Source: Candidatus Spongiisociaceae bacterium
GTDB taxonomy: Bacteria > Actinomycetota > Acidimicrobiia > Spongiisociales > Spongiisociaceae
Assembly: GCA_965262915.1 (NCBI GenBank)
Contig: OZ253564.1
Span: 384,001-448,000 of the forward strand
Direction of reading: 5' to 3'
Length of the DNA stretch: 64,000 nucleotides
The notes under the pieces were generated by a model. That model was not told the origin of the DNA. It ran no database searches and saw nothing but the letters and a program-made list of their open reading frames with translations. The position numbers were made by a program, and so were the translations under genes. Below, piece after piece: positions 61,279 through 64,000 of this stretch. Position 1 is the stretch's first letter; every line of letters begins with the position of its first letter.

Positions 61279-61619
61279 ATCGCCGACCGGAAGACCTTGG
61301 CAGCAGGTGGTGGCATATCCCCAAAATACGAGTAGGCGGATAGGAAGGTTGCCACCGGATTTCGAACACTGCGTTCTTGATGAGCCGCAAAAAGCGGACG
61401 GTTACTCGACGGTTGCGGCACGCCAGTGGGCGGCGCAAACTCAACCCACCCACGTTCTTCGGTGGTTCGGCTGCAAACGGCTCCGGGTGCAGGAGGCCGA
61501 TCTGCCGACCCCTGAATCGGATCCTAGGCTTATGCGTTACGTTGGTTAACAATCTAACGCCGCGATATGGCCGGTTTGGACCGTTTTCCAAGGGAACCGG
61601 CTAGTCGACAGGTAGGGTC

Positions 61620-62180
61620 GCTCCGAACCAGCGGATCGTCTCGCCGTCGGGCTGGGCGGTACGTAGACCGGGCAGTAAGAGCGGCGATCCGGCCGTGCGA
61701 GACGATCGCCGCGAACGGACCGTGGAGCGAAATCGAGGCCGGTGGCCGGAGTCCCGGATCGACGATCTCGGCGCGACCAGGGGATCGTCTCCCGGTGGTC
61801 GTGCGGGCGGTCGGCCCCGGTGCCGACTGCCCTCCCTCGTGACTGCCCATGGTCCGGTAATCATGCTCGACAGAGGCGCCGGATGGACGGCCGAGGTCGA
61901 GATCCGCGAGTCGACCTATCTGCTGGCAACGGTCGAGGGCGATCCGCATCCCGACGTGCTCGTCCCGCTGCCGTTCGCTATCACCAGCCCGGTGTGGGTG
62001 GAGATTGACGGTAGGCCGGTGTACGTCGAGGAGGATGTCAGGTGGTGCCTGCGATGGCTGGACGAACTCGAGCGGGTCGTGGGAGAACACGGACGGTTCG
62101 AGGCGCCTGCCAGGCGTTCCGACGTGATGCGAACCATCGATCGGGCGCGTTCCTGGTACCGGGCGAGGCTGGACAGTTGA
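61620..62180 (+). pseudogene. 3' remnant of a CehA/McbA-like metallohydrolase gene
   Basis: TIAANGPW...PG in one frame, then AITSPVWV...WLDEL...ARSWY in another; no N-terminus. Confidence 0.5.
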
Positions 62181-62216
62181 CAGGGGCGGGCGGTGGTTGC
62201 ATGGCCCGTGTAGGTG

Positions 62217-63881
62217 TCAGATCACGGCGAGGGGCGCTAGCGCGTCGATATCGGTTGCGACGTCGACGATGGCAGGGCGTCCCGCTGCCAGTGCCCGTTG
62301 TATGGCGGGGCGGAGGTGGTCGGGCTTCTCCACCCGGATGCCCATTGCCCCCATTCCCTCGGCGAGCCGGGCAAAGTTCACGTCGGTGAAGGTCCAGAGG
62401 CGGCGTCCCTCCTGGGTCTGCTCCCCGCCGTAGGCCCGGTCGAAGCCGAGGGTGGACTGGTTGCCCGAGGAGTTGTTGTTGACCACTGTGACGGTGTTGA
62501 TGCCCCATCGAACCGCGGTCTCGACCTCGGCTATGTGGTACCAGAAGCCCGCGTCGCCGGTGAAGCAGACGACTGGGCGATCCGGGGCGGCGCACTTGGC
62601 GCCCAGCGCGGCGGGGAACGCCCAGCCGAGGTGTCCGGCGCTGCGGAGGTAGCTCTGGTCAGGTGTGCGGGTGTCGAACATGCCACCCATCCACATTCCG
62701 GCGTGGCCGGTGTCGACCACGGTGCAGGCGTCGTCGGGCACGAGAGCCGTCAACTCCGCGCAGATCCGCTCCGGGCGGATCGGTATCGCGTCAGACTCGA
62801 GATGACCCAGGTGCTGCTCTCGCCAGACGGTGACCTCCCGGCGTACTGCAGCCAGCCACTCCTCCCGGCCGGGACCCCGCGGGCCGGACTGTTCCAGGAG
62901 GGCGGCGAGGGCCGCACGGACATCGGCTTTGATAGCGACCTGCAGGGGGTAGTTGCGGCCCAACATCTCGGGGTCGATGTCGATCTGGATGGCGGGTGTC
63001 CCCGGCGCCGGAACCTGCCAGAAGTGGGTGGTCATGCTGCCGGTGCCCGACCCGACGAAACACACGAGGTCCGCCCGGTTGACGACCCGGTTCGCGGCGC
63101 TCCGCGAGTAGGTGCCCACGGCTCCCACGCAGAGGGGATGGTTTCCCGGAATCGTGTCCTTCCCGTTGAGGGAGGTCACCACGGGGATAGTGAGACGTTC
63201 TGCCAGGGCCACCAGCTCGCGTCCGGCCTGGGAGGTTCGGACGCCGCCGCCTGCCACGAGCACCGGCCGCGCAGCACGATCGAGCAGGTCCAAAGCCGCA
63301 GCCACGTCTTGCGGGTCGGGGAGGGGCCGCACCGGAGGCACGGAGGCGAATCGTGTGTCCACGGAGGGGTCGAGGTCGGCCCGTTCGCGGTCGATCTGGC
63401 CTTCGTTGCCGACGAACTGGAGGTGTACCGGTCCAGGACGGCCCGACACCGCCGAACGGAAGGCCTGGCGAACCAGATCGGGAATCTGTTCCACCGCGTC
63501 GACGACGGAGCTGAACTTGGTGACGTTGACGAAGGCGGGGAGGTCGTCCACCTCCTGGTAGACGCCGTTGTGGGCTGCGTCCGGGTCGCGACCACCGGTA
63601 AGGGCCATGACGGGAGAGTTGGCCAGGTGCGCGTCTCGGAGGCCGGCGGCCAGGTTGAGTGCCCCCACCGCCTGGGCCATGCACACTCCCGGGCGGCCTG
63701 CCATCCTGGCGTAACCGTCGGCCATGTACGCGGCCGGCTTCTCGCCGTGGGTGTGGATGCGCCGCACGCCGAACCGCTCGAGCTCGACGAGAGTACGCCG
63801 CAGGATGGCCGGCACCATGAAGACGTGCGTGACGCCGTACCCGTGGAGCATTTCGGCGAGAACGCGGGCACCGGTAATCAC
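62217..63881 (-). CDS. Thiamine diphosphate-dependent enzyme (acetolactate synthase-like family)
   Basis: E..AAYMADGYAR, PGPVHL, GDAGF...NN ThDP motif. Confidence 0.92.
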   Translation of the reverse strand: MITGARVLAEMLHGYGVTHVFMVPAILRRTLVELERFGVRRIHTHGEKPAAYMADGYARMAGRPGVCMAQAVGALNLAAGLRDAHLANSPVMALTGGRDPDAAHNGVYQEVDDLPAFVNVTKFSSVVDAVEQIPDLVRQAFRSAVSGRPGPVHLQFVGNEGQIDRERADLDPSVDTRFASVPPVRPLPDPQDVAAALDLLDRAARPVLVAGGGVRTSQAGRELVALAERLTIPVVTSLNGKDTIPGNHPLCVGAVGTYSRSAANRVVNRADLVCFVGSGTGSMTTHFWQVPAPGTPAIQIDIDPEMLGRNYPLQVAIKADVRAALAALLEQSGPRGPGREEWLAAVRREVTVWREQHLGHLESDAIPIRPERICAELTALVPDDACTVVDTGHAGMWMGGMFDTRTPDQSYLRSAGHLGWAFPAALGAKCAAPDRPVVCFTGDAGFWYHIAEVETAVRWGINTVTVVNNNSSGNQSTLGFDRAYGGEQTQEGRRLWTFTDVNFARLAEGMGAMGIRVEKPDHLRPAIQRALAAGRPAIVDVATDIDALAPLAVI

Positions 63882-64000
63882 CGGGGAGACGTTAGTGGCT
63901 CTGGCTCTGCGCCGGCCGTCGGCTGCGCTTACCGGCCCGGAGCAGACCGAGTGTTCATGACGGAGGCGGGACGCGTAAGGGGGATCCCGTACCAGCGGCG

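Noticed and set aside
61279-61600. Possible small ORFs or IS end after the TA-like pair
   Set aside because: Short ORFs lack SD sequences and motifs, and only a 7-bp inverted repeat (GGTGGCA/TGCCACC) was seen, which is insufficient.
62217-63881. ThDP enzyme as sulfoacetaldehyde acetyltransferase (xsc)
   Set aside because: It lacks the Xsc-type N-terminal signature (FGIIGSA...HE) as I recall it, so it is left as a generic ALS-like enzyme.

Overview
High-GC actinobacterial chromosome segment, most like class Acidimicrobiia (inferred from gene content and order), containing the replication origin. The core block runs cca, NUDIX, pseudokinase, sigM-like ECF, anti-sigma, trxB, trxA, parB, parA, parS, jag, yidC, yidD, rnpA, rpmH, dnaA, oriC, dnaN, recF, dciA, gyrB, gyrA and two DUF3566 genes. 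Left of the core: the 5' part of a secreted bulb-type lectin gene (missed by the ORF track), a selenocysteine-type arsC with a SECIS-like hairpin that is split by a TA-flanked MITE, an AlkD-like gene, a MaoC pair, two MFS paralogs, an HDAC and a GNAT. Right of the core: a peptide/nickel ABC operon, an NCS2 permease fused to a degenerate RsbW-like domain, a decaying DUF433/PIN toxin-antitoxin pair, and a cobalamin-riboswitch btuFCD-cobO operon divergent from cobT-cobS-(pseudo cbiB)-cobC-cobU. Further right are an MBL-rhodanese fusion, a SucCD-like ligase with a SauS-like dehydrogenase (probable sulfoacetate module), a PP2C, a TIM-barrel protein, an MFS, an unassigned two-gene TA-like island and a ThDP enzyme. 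Several families of small non-autonomous inverted-repeat elements and heptamer repeats are scattered throughout. No rRNA, tRNA, CRISPR array or transposase was seen. All calls are by eye, without database searches.
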